A stretch of 64,000 bases of DNA from an uncultured bacterium (GCA_963798465.1 CAWCTC010000001.1:68315-132314); one strand, 5' to 3'. Shown: positions 1 through 9,118, counted from the first letter of the stretch. Translations and numbers: made by a program. Notes: a model not told the origin generated them from the letters alone.

Positions 1-358
1 TTACTTCTTTGATTCCATTTTGGATTATTGTTTTTGCGCATTCATTGCAAGGAAATAAAGTGCAATATATTTTTCCGCCCTTTGTACTATTGTTTGAATT
101 GTAAACTGCATTTTCTTCAGCGTGACAGACATATGCATATTTTGTATCTTCAAGAGAACCTTCCCTGTCCCAAGGCAAATCATTGCTTTCAATTCCTCTT
201 GGCCAGCCATTGTAACCCATTCCAACGACTACATTTTCCGGATTCACAATCACGGCGCCTGCCTGAGTTGAAGGATCTTTTGATCTTTCTGCAATAGTAA
301 AAGAAATTCTCATAAAGCATTCATCCCACGATATATGATTTTCTCTTGGTCCTAACAT
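1..358 (-). CDS. dCMP (deoxycytidylate) deaminase, CMP/dCMP deaminase family; 3' end cut by window edge
   Basis: Own translation from ATG at 358: MLGPRENHISWDECFMRISFTIAERSKDPSTQAGAVIV...VCHAEENA...LFPCNECAKTIIQNGIKEV. It has the HAE and PCxxC zinc motifs and is open to position 1, so it is absent from the ORF track. Confidence 0.85.
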   Translation of the reverse strand, partial: MLGPRENHISWDECFMRISFTIAERSKDPSTQAGAVIVNPENVVVGMGYNGWPRGIESNDLPWDREGSLEDTKYAYVCHAEENAVYNSNNSTKGGKIYCTLFPCNECAKTIIQNGIKEV

Positions 359-399
359 AGTTATTATTTTAATCCTTTTAAAAAATAAAACAAACAAAT

Positions 400-429
400 A
401 AAGGGCGGCCGCTTTCGCGGCCGCCCTTT
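400..429 (-). terminator. Rho-independent terminator downstream of rplK
   Basis: Perfect GC stem AAAGGGCGGCCGC-TTTC-GCGGCCGCCCTTT, followed on the minus strand by a T-rich run. Confidence 0.7.
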
Positions 430-449
430 ATTTGTTTTATTTTGATTTT

Positions 450-872
450 TTATTTTACATCAACACCCATTGATCTTGCCGCACCTTCTACCATTTTTAT
501 GGCCGCATTTATGTCATTTGCGTTCATATCTACCATTTTCTTTTCGGCAATTTCTCTAATCTGAGCTTTCGTGATTACTCCGACTTTTTCGGTATTTGGC
601 TTTCCAGAACCTTTTTCCTTTCCTATCGCCTTCAAAATCATGCCGGCTGTCGGAGGAGTTTTTAGTATAAAATCATAAGATCTGTCTTCATAAACTGTAA
701 TAACTACAGGAAGAGTGTCTCCAATCTGACTCTTAGTCGCAGTATTGAATTTATTTACGAAATCACCAATGTTTATTCCCGCTTGTCCAAGAGCTGGACC
801 GATAGGAGGAGCTGGTGTAGCTTTTCCCGCTGGAATTTGAAGTTTTAATTTTTTTAATATTTTTTTGGCCAT
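450..872 (-). CDS. rplK: 50S ribosomal protein L11
   Basis: 140 aa: [35 protein letters not shown]... is a canonical L11 N-terminus. It sits in the secE-nusG-rplK context. Confidence 0.97.
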   Translation of the reverse strand: MAKKILKKLKLQIPAGKATPAPPIGPALGQAGINIGDFVNKFNTATKSQIGDTLPVVITVYEDRSYDFILKTPPTAGMILKAIGKEKGSGKPNTEKVGVITKAQIREIAEKKMVDMNANDINAAIKMVEGAARSMGVDVK

Positions 873-1126
873 TTTTTTTATTTATTTAGTTAATCAGAGG
901 CTAAGAGCTTATTCAATATCTAAACACAATGTAGAGGCATTGCACTTGTTTACTTGCTTAAACCCCCAAATTTCCGCTGCAAATTATTCATCTTTCGGCG
1001 GTATATCTCGATATGCCTTATCAAGCTTCATAATTTTCGCTGGAAATTTGACGGTTTAATCTAAGTATTAGATATTTCACAAGCTCTATTAAATTATCAA
1101 ATATAAGTTTAAAAGTAAAGCTGAAG

Positions 1127-1672
1127 CTATGACTTTCTTATTTGCAATAAATCAAGCTCAACAGATGTTTCCCTTCCAAACATCAACACCATGACTCTAG
1201 CCTTTCCTTTTTCTCCGTCTATCTCGCTTATTTTTCCTTCAAGATCTTTGAACGGCCCGTCGACTATCTTCACGGTATCTCCGATTCCGAAATCCACCGC
1301 ATGAGAAACTTTATTGACATCCATGTTTCCAAGGAAGAAATCAACTTCTTTTTGAGAAAGTGGAACCGGGTGAACTCCTGTTCCGACAAAACCAGTAACG
1401 CGAGGAGTATTTCTGACGACATACCAAGATTCATCGGTAACTGTCATATCCACCAAAATATAACCGGGATATATCTTTTCATCTTCCTCAACCCTTTTGT
1501 TTCCTTTTATTTTTATTTTTTTCTCGACAGGAACGACAACACTGAAAATCTTGTCATTCATATTCAAAGAATCGATTCTCTGTTTGAGATTTCTTGCAAC
1601 CGCATTTTCATAACCCGCATAAGTATGTATAGCATACCAATGTCTGCCTTCTTCAATAGTTTGTTTTGCCAT
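1127..1672 (-). CDS. nusG: transcription termination/antitermination factor NusG
   Basis: 181 aa with NGN-type start (HWYAIHTYAGYEN) and KOW segment (GDTVKIVDGPFKDLEGKI). It lies between secE and rplK. Confidence 0.95.
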   Translation of the reverse strand: MAKQTIEEGRHWYAIHTYAGYENAVARNLKQRIDSLNMNDKIFSVVVPVEKKIKIKGNKRVEEDEKIYPGYILVDMTVTDESWYVVRNTPRVTGFVGTGVHPVPLSQKEVDFFLGNMDVNKVSHAVDFGIGDTVKIVDGPFKDLEGKISEIDGEKGKARVMVLMFGRETSVELDLLQIRKS

Positions 1673-1678
1673 ATTGTT

Positions 1679-1858
1679 TTAAATTAAATTCTTAAGTCCT
1701 AGAGAGAATAAATAATCAAATAATCCAAGATAGGCCGCCACTGCTATTGAAATAACAATGACAAGAACAGAAAAAATAATTGTCTGATTTCTTGTCGGCC
1801 AGCTCATGTGTTTCATTTCTTCTCTTGTCTCTGAAATATAATTTGATAGTTTAGACAT
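1679..1858 (-). CDS. secE: preprotein translocase subunit SecE
   Basis: 59-aa ORF below the track cutoff, own translation: MSKLSNYISETREEMKHMSWPTRNQTIIFSVLVIVISIAVAAYLGLFDYLFSLGLKNLI. It has a single TM helix and ends 6 nt before nusG. Confidence 0.8.
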   Translation of the reverse strand: MSKLSNYISETREEMKHMSWPTRNQTIIFSVLVIVISIAVAAYLGLFDYLFSLGLKNLI

Positions 1859-1893
1859 CCCAATTGTAAATTAAATTTTTATAATCTTATTTC

Positions 1894-1967
1894 GACTTAT
1901 CCGTCTTGTAAATAATATATACCTTTATATTTATATATCCGCGCTGAATTTACAACGGGACAAGTAT
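1894..1967 (-). repeat. conserved intergenic motif, copy 1 (upstream of secE)
   Basis: Minus-strand reading ATACTTGTCCCGTTGTAAATTCAG...CGGATAAGTC matches 51937-51994. The ends can pair as ACUUGUCC/GGAUAAGU. Confidence 0.5.
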
Positions 1968-2046
1968 GTTTTTTATTAATTTGTATTTAAAAACCCCCGA
2001 GGGGGCTACCGCGATATAGTAACACAAAATATACTTAAAATGCAAT

Positions 2047-2071
2047 AGGCGGGGCGCTTCGCGCCCCGCCT
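2047..2071. terminator. GC-rich hairpin terminator after the SIMPL-domain gene
   Basis: AGGCGGGGCGC-TTC-GCGCCCCGCCT perfect stem with A/T runs on both sides. Confidence 0.6.
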
Positions 2072-2101
2072 ATTATTTTTTAAGCCTATTTCAAAGGCTT
2101 A

Positions 2102-2908
2102 TTATTGTATTTCGTAAGTAATGCTTACGCTAGAAGTAATTGTATTCTCTCCCGTTGGCAACACAGCTGCAGTTGGAGCCTTAGCTACAGATCCGACGGC
2201 CATCATTTCGTTATAGATAGGCGTAGGATTATTTCCTTCAGAATATCCAACAATCTTTACAAGTTTCACTCCCAAAGATTTTGCAAGTTTTGATGCCTGA
2301 GCTCTTGCATCAACAACCGCTGCATCTCTTGCTTGCAAAACTAAATCATCGTACTTGTCTTCAGTAAAATTGAGCCCGCTCATATTTGTCACATTCAATG
2401 TTCCGAGATCAGTGACAACCTTGCTAGCTTTTGTAAGATCTCTTATTTTTACTTCAATGCTTTGTGTCACATCATAACCGGCGAGAACCTGTGTTCCACC
2501 TCCATATGGATATATCGCTGTCGCATTGTTCACATAATTATACTGTGGACTTATTTCATAATCCGTAGTTTTTATATCAGCTTCAGCAACACCATCCGCT
2601 TTTAAAGCAGCGACTATATTACCTATTTGTGTATTTACAGCATCAGAAGCTTTTGAAACATCCATGTTTTCCTGCATAACTGAAAAATCAACAGTTGCAA
2701 TATCCGGTTTTACAGTCAGCTTGCCTGTTCCGCTGACAACTATAGTGTCCTGCTGATTATTATTTTGATTATTGATATCTCCAATTTTTACAGCAAGGAA
2801 AATTATCACTGCTATAAAAAGCAACCCGAATACAATTTTATATATTTTGTGATATTTCATCATTGCCATCATTTTTTCTCCTCCAAAATCTTTTTTCATT
2901 TCTTCCAT
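2102..2908 (-). CDS. SIMPL/DUF541-family exported protein
   Basis: 268 aa with an N-terminal TM or signal segment. The body resembles the SIMPL (26 kDa periplasmic immunogenic protein) family, e.g. VSGTGKLTVKPDIATVDFSV...ARDAAVVDARAQASKLAKSLGVKL. The start codon is uncertain. Confidence 0.7.
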   Translation of the reverse strand: MEEMKKDFGGEKMMAMMKYHKIYKIVFGLLFIAVIIFLAVKIGDINNQNNNQQDTIVVSGTGKLTVKPDIATVDFSVMQENMDVSKASDAVNTQIGNIVAALKADGVAEADIKTTDYEISPQYNYVNNATAIYPYGGGTQVLAGYDVTQSIEVKIRDLTKASKVVTDLGTLNVTNMSGLNFTEDKYDDLVLQARDAAVVDARAQASKLAKSLGVKLVKIVGYSEGNNPTPIYNEMMAVGSVAKAPTAAVLPTGENTITSSVSITYEIQ

Positions 2909-2965
2909 ATTTTTTTAAAATAGAAAATATTTTTTCTCTCTATTTAAAATTAATTAATAACTCCA

Positions 2966-3823
2966 TTATTTTACCATATTTTTCCTTTGTCTGCCGTATG
3001 CAATGAGAAGATTTTCAAAAAGTGAAACTACTGTCATCGGACCCACACCCCCCGGAACTGGTGTAATAGCGCGAACAATTTTAGACACAGACTTAAAATC
3101 CACATCACCTAAAAGGTCATTCCCTACTTTTGTTATTCCAACGTCTATAATAACCTGACCTTTCTTAACATAACTTTTATTTATAAATTTTGGTTTTCCA
3201 ATAGCTACAACAACGATATCAGCTTTTTTTATTTCATCTTTCAAATTTTTTGTTTTGCTATGGCAAACAGTTACCGTCGCATTTCTATTCAAAAAAGCAA
3301 AAGTCGTCGGCCTTCCGACAAGAAGAGACCTCCCGACCATTGCAACCTTTTTGCCTTCTATCGGAATTTTATAAAAATCCAAAAGAGAAAATATTCCTTT
3401 CGTCGTCGCAGGAACAAACCCATTATTTTTATCGGTCAGGCCTTCAATAAGAAATCTCAAATTTTTTGAATTTAAACCGTCGACATCTTTTTCTGGACTT
3501 ATTGCATCTACAATTTTCAGAGTATCGATATTTTTCGGCAAAGGCAATTGAACAATGATTCCGTTCGTGGTTTTATCAGAATTTAAAAATTCAATTTTTG
3601 AAATAAGCTCTCCTTCCGATATTTTTTTATCAAACAAAATATGCTCGACAAGAAACCCGAGCTTTTCTCCAAAATTCTTTTTCTGCTTTACATAGACAGA
3701 CGCGCGTTCATCATCTCCGACCTGAATAATAATCAGTTTCGGTTTTTCACCGAGTTTTTTCAATTTCAATTTTATTTTCTCCGCTATAAAATCGCGAACC
3801 TTTTTTCCATCTAAAATTTTCAT
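2966..3823 (-). CDS. folD: bifunctional methylenetetrahydrofolate dehydrogenase/cyclohydrolase FolD
   Basis: MKILDGKKVRDFIAEKIKLK...VGRSLLVGRPT...PVPGGVGPMTV. I chose the internal Met at 3823; the longer track ORF to 3925 overlaps the upstream gene and adds a non-homologous extension. Confidence 0.9.
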   Translation of the reverse strand: MKILDGKKVRDFIAEKIKLKLKKLGEKPKLIIIQVGDDERASVYVKQKKNFGEKLGFLVEHILFDKKISEGELISKIEFLNSDKTTNGIIVQLPLPKNIDTLKIVDAISPEKDVDGLNSKNLRFLIEGLTDKNNGFVPATTKGIFSLLDFYKIPIEGKKVAMVGRSLLVGRPTTFAFLNRNATVTVCHSKTKNLKDEIKKADIVVVAIGKPKFINKSYVKKGQVIIDVGITKVGNDLLGDVDFKSVSKIVRAITPVPGGVGPMTVVSLFENLLIAYGRQRKNMVK

Positions 3824-3884
3824 TTTGATTATAAATTCTATCATAACCGTAAATAAAAAGCCTACCAATACACACATTGTGTAA

Positions 3885-4274
3885 TTAGCAGGCTTTACTT
3901 TCAACAAAATCGTATCTTTTTTCAAACAAATCTTTTAATGAAGAAATAATTACTTTTTCTCCGTAGAAAAATGAGCAGTGAATGCAATAATTGTCTGGAA
4001 GAATAATCGCCACGTGTGTCCACTCCCGATTACGAGAATCATTTCTATCCTTCAAAAATATAAGATGTCCAACTGGTGGCTTGGCTAAATCTTCCCTTGT
4101 AATATTAAACTCTTTAGGCGGACTACTTGATAGAAGTCTAGGTATAACTACACCTATTTCTTTATACACTTTCCTAACAAAATCAACACATTTAAATGTT
4201 TGACTACGATGTGTACCCAAATATGACAATGCAATCTTAACGACACGACGACTTTCAAAATCACTAAGATTCAT
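3885..4274 (-). CDS. NlpC/P60-family cysteine hydrolase-like protein (no signal peptide)
   Basis: 129 aa. FKCVDFVRKVYKEIGVVIPR is a Cys motif resembling DCSGFV..vY...G..lPR; GHLIFL and THVAII..IHC are His motifs. A GGGGG Shine-Dalgarno sequence lies upstream. Confidence 0.65.
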   Translation of the reverse strand: MNLSDFESRRVVKIALSYLGTHRSQTFKCVDFVRKVYKEIGVVIPRLLSSSPPKEFNITREDLAKPPVGHLIFLKDRNDSRNREWTHVAIILPDNYCIHCSFFYGEKVIISSLKDLFEKRYDFVESKAC

Positions 4275-4352
4275 GGTGTCCCCCTTATATTTTTATATAT
4301 TAAAGCTAGTCTAATACTAGACTAATCAAATAATAAAGATTTGTCAAAATAA

Positions 4353-5235
4353 TTATTTATACCAACGAGCAAAAATACCGCAAGGTAAAAGTCTTCCGCC
4401 TTTTGATTCGAGTATCGTAAGCTCGCCCATTTCAAACTCTCCTCCATATTTTTCAACGATGGGTTTTAACGCATTATAATATGCAGTTGAAGAATAGCCT
4501 GAAGCATAGCCGTTTATTATAAAAAATAAAGGATTGTCAGAAATGATTTTCTGGCATTCATCCAAAAGTTTTATAAAATCAGTTTCAATTTTCCAAATTT
4601 CACCCTTTCCTCCTCTTCCAAAAGATGGCGGATCCATCACGATACCGTCATATTTTCCACCGCGTTTTATTTCTCTCATCACAAATTTTCTTGCATCATC
4701 AATAATCCATCTGACTGGTTTATTTATCGAGTCCGGAAAGTTCCGCATTTTCTTTTGCCCAAGTGATTGCAGATTTTGAACCATCAACATGCGTGACTTC
4801 CGCTCCGGAAGAAAGCGCGGCAAGCGTCGCACCACCGGTGTAACCGAAAAGATTCAAAACTTTTATCGGTTCTGTATTACCTTTAGACTTTCGACTTTGG
4901 ACTTTCTCCTTAATGAATTGCCAGTTTGATTCTTGTTCTGGAAAAACTCCCGTATGCTTGAAAGCTGTCGGCTTGATATTAAATTTCAAATCGCCAAAAG
5001 AAATCTGCCATTCATTTTGCATGCTTTCGTTTTTCTTTTTCCAAGTTTTTCTGTCCGCGAGAAATATGGCATCCGCATTTTTCCATTCGGTTTCTAGCTG
5101 AGACTTTTTCCACAAAGCTTGCGGATCCGGTCTTCTCAAAATATATTTTCCATAACGTTCAAGCTTCTCTTCATTTCCACTGTCTATGAGCTCGTAGTCC
5201 GCGCTTGGTTTAGTTGTTAGAATTTCCGGTTCCAT
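4353..5235 (-). pseudogene. class I SAM-dependent (rRNA-type, RlmI/RlmK-like) methyltransferase, reading frame split once
   Basis: ORFs 4720-5235 and 4353-4835 join as ...ENAELSGLDK/PVRWIIDDARKF. Motifs are LNLFGYTGGATLAAL and MDPPSFGRG. One apparent extra A in GATAAATAAACC near 4740-4750 breaks the frame. Confidence 0.8.
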
Positions 5236-5322
5236 ATTTGTAAAATACTATAACAGTAAAATACAAAAATAAAAAGCATGAATTCACCGCATTGGTGCAT
5301 CTTCATGCTTTTATTTTATTTC

Positions 5323-5451
5323 CTATTTCTTTGGAGATTTTGCTTTTGTCTTCTTATTTTGATTTTTCTTTTTTACATGGCTGGAATGATAATCTTTAAA
5401 CGACTTCACTAAATTTCCAGCCTCTGTCAAAGCCTCCATCATTTTTGCCAT
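5323..5451 (-). CDS. small basic hypothetical protein (42 aa)
   Basis: MAKMMEALTEAGNLVKSFKDYHSSHVKKKNQNKKTKAKSPKK, preceded by GGAGG 4 nt upstream and followed by hairpin 5272-5312. Below the track cutoff. Confidence 0.45.
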   Translation of the reverse strand: MAKMMEALTEAGNLVKSFKDYHSSHVKKKNQNKKTKAKSPKK

Positions 5452-5529
5452 AAAACCTCCTTCTTATTTGTAATGTTCTAGTCCGACATATTTATAGCGC
5501 TTAGCAAACAAAATATCAAGCTTAAAAAA

Positions 5530-6378
5530 TCAGATACCAAAAAAATCTTTTGAATTCTTTAATAGTTGTTTGCAAACCATTTCAAAATCTTCTCCGCGGA
5601 TTTCAGCGATTTTTTTCACAACTTCAATGACATAAATCGGCTCATTTCTCTTTCCGCGATAAGGAATCGGCGCAACAAAAGGCGAATCAGTCTCCGCATG
5701 CATCTTTTCGAGCGGAATATTTTTTATTATTTCATCATATTGTCTGGCAAAAGTAATTACACCCGTAAAAGAAATTGTAAAACCAAGCTCAATAAACTTT
5801 TTTGCAAAGTCTAAACTGCCGGCATAAAAATGTATATTCCCTCTTGCCTTTCCTTAATATTTTTTTAGAATTTTATAAGCATCTTCGTAGGCTTCGCGAA
5901 TATGAAGCATAAGTGGCTTATCATATTTAATTGCAAATTCTATTTGTTTCTTGAATTCAAACTTTTGTCTTTCCTTTTCTTCTTCAGAAATTACTTTTAA
6001 CTTTTCACTTTCAACTTTTGACTTTGGATTTACGTAGTAATCCAAACCGCACTCGCCTATCGCAACGACTTTTGGATTTTTCACCAACTCTTCAAAATCT
6101 TTTTCATTAAATACAAAATCTCTTTTGCTTGCCACGAGGTCAGCAGACTTTTCGTGGTCAGCTGGATGTGCACCGATGCATGCCCAGATATTTTCATTTT
6201 CGTTTGCGATTTTTATTGCTTCTTTTGAACTTTCCAAATCCGTTCCGACAGTAATTGTCGCAACACCATTTTCTTCCATTCTTTTGATTACTTCTTTCAA
6301 ATCTTGACCATAATCGCCAAAATCTAAATGAGAATGAATATCTATAAACTTAATTTCCATTTTATTCTTTTCTAACAA
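5530..6378 (-). pseudogene. tatD: TatD-family metal-dependent hydrolase interrupted by an in-frame TAA
   Basis: N-half is ORF 5854-6378 (IDIHSHLDF, GECGLDYY, MLHIREA). The same frame continues after TAA at 5854-5856 with GKARGNIHFYAGSLDFAKKF...HAETDSPFVAPIPYRGKRNEP...FFGI, stopping at TGA 5530-5532. Total length is a multiple of 3. Confidence 0.8.
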
Positions 6379-7909
6379 ACAAAGGAGTTTCTGGTTTTTT
6401 ATTTTCTTTTACAAGATTTTTAATTTTTTCTGAAGTGTCTGGAAGAACAGCTTCAAGATGAACTGCGATTTCATAAACTCCTTGCACTAATTCTTTTATT
6501 ATTTCAATTGCTTTTTCTTTATCTGTTTTTACAAGTTTAAATGGTTCTGATGTTTGAATTCTTAAATCCAATTCACCTATTTTTTTCCAAATAATATTTG
6601 TAGCTTCTTGGAGATTATATTTTTCTACCGCTTCTATGAAATTTATGGCCAGTACAACTTCCCTGGTTTGCTTCGCTTCGCTCGCAATGACGTTATTTTG
6701 TGCCATTGTCATCACCCTACTTACAAGATTTCCCAAACCATTCGCCAAATTTGCATTATAAGCATCTTTGAACATTTCTTTTGTGAAAGGCGTATCTTCA
6801 AATGGAGAAATTTCTCGCGCAACATAATATCTCAAGGCATCAGTGCCATATTCAGCAACAATTTCATTTGGGTCAATTGTATTTCCAAGACTCTTGCTCA
6901 TTTTTATTCCGCCAGCACCAGTAACGAAGCCATCAATAATAATATTTTTTGAAGCTGGTAAATCCGCAGCCATAAGCATTGCTTGCCACATCGCAGACTG
7001 CTGGCGAAGATTATCTTTCCCGCAATATTGAACCATTCCACCAGTTTCAACCTGCCATTTATTAAATTTTTCCATGTCATCCGGCCAGCCGATTGCAGAA
7101 ATATAATTTACTAAAGCATCAAACCAAACATACATAACTTGCGTTTCATCTCCAGGAACTTCAATTCCCCACGGCATTTTTTCTTTCAATCTTGAAATGC
7201 TGAAATCCTGCAAACCTCGATCAACAAAAGCTTTTATTTCGTTTAGTCTGTGATTTGGAATTACAAATTCAGGATTATTTTTGTAAAGTTCAGAAAGTTT
7301 GAATTGAAATTCTGAAAACTTGAAAAAATAGTTTTCTTCGTTAATATGTTCAATTTCTAGATTTGGATGAAGCGGACAGCAACCATCTACAAGTTCTGAA
7401 TTTGCTTTTTCAAGCTCGCAACCAACACAATAATTTATTGTATAATTTTTCTTGTATATAAAACCATTCTTATCGCAAAGTTTCCAAAATTCTTGAGCTG
7501 ATTTTATATGATGTTCATCGGTGGTTCTTGTAAAAACAACATCTTCTGAAATTCCCAAAAGTGGAATCAATGCTTTAAATTTTTCTGCATATTCATCTAC
7601 ATATTTTTGCGGGCTGATTTTTCTAATCTTCGGCATTTCTGAAAATTTTCGATCCATGTTCATCCGTTCCGGTATTGAAAAAAACATCAAAACCTTGGAG
7701 TTTTTTGTAGCTAGCAATCATGTCCGCTCGAATAATTTCCATCGCAAAACCGATATGAGGATCAGAATTCACATACGGCAATGTCGTCGTTATATAAAAG
7801 CAGCTTGCGCTCTTATTTCGCTCTCCTCGGCTCGAAAAAGAATCCGTAGGATACGGATTCTTTTGCTCGCACTACGTCGGCGATAGAAATTTTTCGTTGA
7901 ATCAGACAT
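6362..7909 (-). pseudogene. metG: methionine--tRNA ligase, interrupted by an 89-nt insertion near codon 9 and one further frameshift
   Basis: MSDSTKNFY[89 nt]ITTTLPYVNSDPHIGFAMEII...FNTGTDEHGSKI, then a shift near 7640-7650 into ORF 6362-7717, which carries the KMSKS motif (GGIKMSKSLGN). Confidence 0.85.
7794..7882 (-). mobile_element. 89-nt hairpin-containing insertion inside metG, flanked by TTCTAT/TTTTAT direct repeats
   Basis: Removing 7794-7882 restores AAT TTC TAT ATA ACG ACG = NFYITTT. It contains a perfect 13-bp stem AAAAGAATCCGTA-GGA-TACGGATTCTTTT at 7836-7864. Confidence 0.55.
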
Positions 7910-7932
7910 TCCAATTTAAATTTTAAAATAAA

Positions 7933-9102
7933 TTATGCTTTGCTTTTTTCTTCCACTTTCTGCCACTGCATCACTTTCCGTTTACCGACATCGTCAAAAA
8001 ATTCCATGAGAGCGGCAACAGCCGGAGCTGACAATACGATTCCCAAAAATCCGGCAAGCTTTGCACCTATGATAAGAGCTAGAATGACTAATATCGGAGA
8101 AACTCCAACAACTTTTTTTACAACCAAAGGATAAATAAGATGGCTTTCAAATTGCTGAACGATTAAATAAAGACCGAGAACTAGAATCGCTGCTGTAAAT
8201 CCTCCGCCGACAAAAGCAATTATTATCGCAGGAACTGCAGAGATTATCGGACCAAATACCGGAATAATTTCCAACAAGCCTGCAAGCACGGCCAAAAGCA
8301 AAGCGTCTTTTACGCCAAGTATCATAAGTCCCAAATACAAAAGAACTGCAATAATGATTCCAAGTAAAAATTGCCCTTGCATCCATTGGCCGATTTTTCT
8401 CTGAGATCTTTTCCATAAATCGACGACATATTTTTCATTTCTAAGCGGAGTAATCAATTTCAAAAAGTCGGCAACACCATCTTCCTGAACGAGAAAATAA
8501 AAAGACAAAACCAAAATCAAAATAAATGAAAGCAGACCTCCGAAAATCGCGCTGATTATTTTTATGAAATTTGTAGAGAAGTTTGAAGTAATGCTTTGGA
8601 TGCCTTTGATGAGATCTTCCAGTCCAAAAGTTCCCGCTGGAGCTGCCACACTTGTTTGGCCTTGTGTAACAGTCTTCACTAATTGGCCGGTGCCATTTAT
8701 TCCTGCAGACAAAGTATTTACAACTTGTTGAGAAGTTGAAACACTTTCAGTGCTGACATTCAAAGGATTCCAAAGAGATGTCGTTTCCAAATATTGCGGC
8801 AAATCATTCAAAAAAGATGATGCTTCATCGAGTACTGGCGGCACGAAGAAAAATATCAACGCGATAAAGATACTGAATATTCCAACGTATGAAATAATCG
8901 AAGCTGGAAGTCTGCTAACTTTATATTTTTTGAACCATGTAATAAGAGGTTCCATTCCAGATGCAATTACAACTGAAACTAAAACAACAAGAACGACATC
9001 CTTTATATAATAAAGAAACCAAACCAGCAAAACTAATCCTATACCCTTAAATATGGAGCTTGGAGTAATATTTATATTTATTGGCTTGTTTTCGATTTCC
9101 AT
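7933..9102 (-). CDS. AI-2E family transporter (PerM/UPF0118-type permease)
   Basis: 389 aa polytopic membrane protein with family-typical LLAVLAGLLEIIPVFGPIISAVPAIIIAF. Confidence 0.8.
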   Translation of the reverse strand: MEIENKPININITPSSIFKGIGLVLLVWFLYYIKDVVLVVLVSVVIASGMEPLITWFKKYKVSRLPASIISYVGIFSIFIALIFFFVPPVLDEASSFLNDLPQYLETTSLWNPLNVSTESVSTSQQVVNTLSAGINGTGQLVKTVTQGQTSVAAPAGTFGLEDLIKGIQSITSNFSTNFIKIISAIFGGLLSFILILVLSFYFLVQEDGVADFLKLITPLRNEKYVVDLWKRSQRKIGQWMQGQFLLGIIIAVLLYLGLMILGVKDALLLAVLAGLLEIIPVFGPIISAVPAIIIAFVGGGFTAAILVLGLYLIVQQFESHLIYPLVVKKVVGVSPILVILALIIGAKLAGFLGIVLSAPAVAALMEFFDDVGKRKVMQWQKVEEKSKA

Positions 9103-9109
9103 AAAATAA

Positions 9110-9118
9110 ATAATAGCA
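9110..9118 (-). promoter_or_regulatory. extended -10 box (TGcTATTAT) 7 nt upstream of the permease ATG
   Basis: Minus strand reads AGTGCTATTATTTATTTTATG, with no SD. Same geometry as at ponA and the pilB-like gene. Confidence 0.4.

Noticed and set aside
28-297. Plus-strand ORF (89 aa) and minus-strand ORF 25-225 at the left edge
   Set aside because: Both are alternative-frame shadows of the dCMP deaminase gene. That gene reads cleanly in another minus-strand frame from 358 to the window edge, with its zinc-binding motifs.
1861-2100. tRNA gene upstream of secE (often tRNA-Trp) and tRNAs elsewhere
   Set aside because: I found no T-arm GTTCGAATC/GGTTCAAAT-type box or cloverleaf-compatible segment by eye in any intergenic region. 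A tRNAscan-type run is still advisable.
2966-3925. Long N-terminal extensions suggested by the ORF track (folD 3925, pseudopilin 10907, tsaE 29291, ruvC 42451, rnpA 50134, secreted protein 63572)
   Set aside because: The extensions overlap upstream genes or are encoded by repeat elements, and they add non-homologous residues. Internal Met codons give canonical N-termini.
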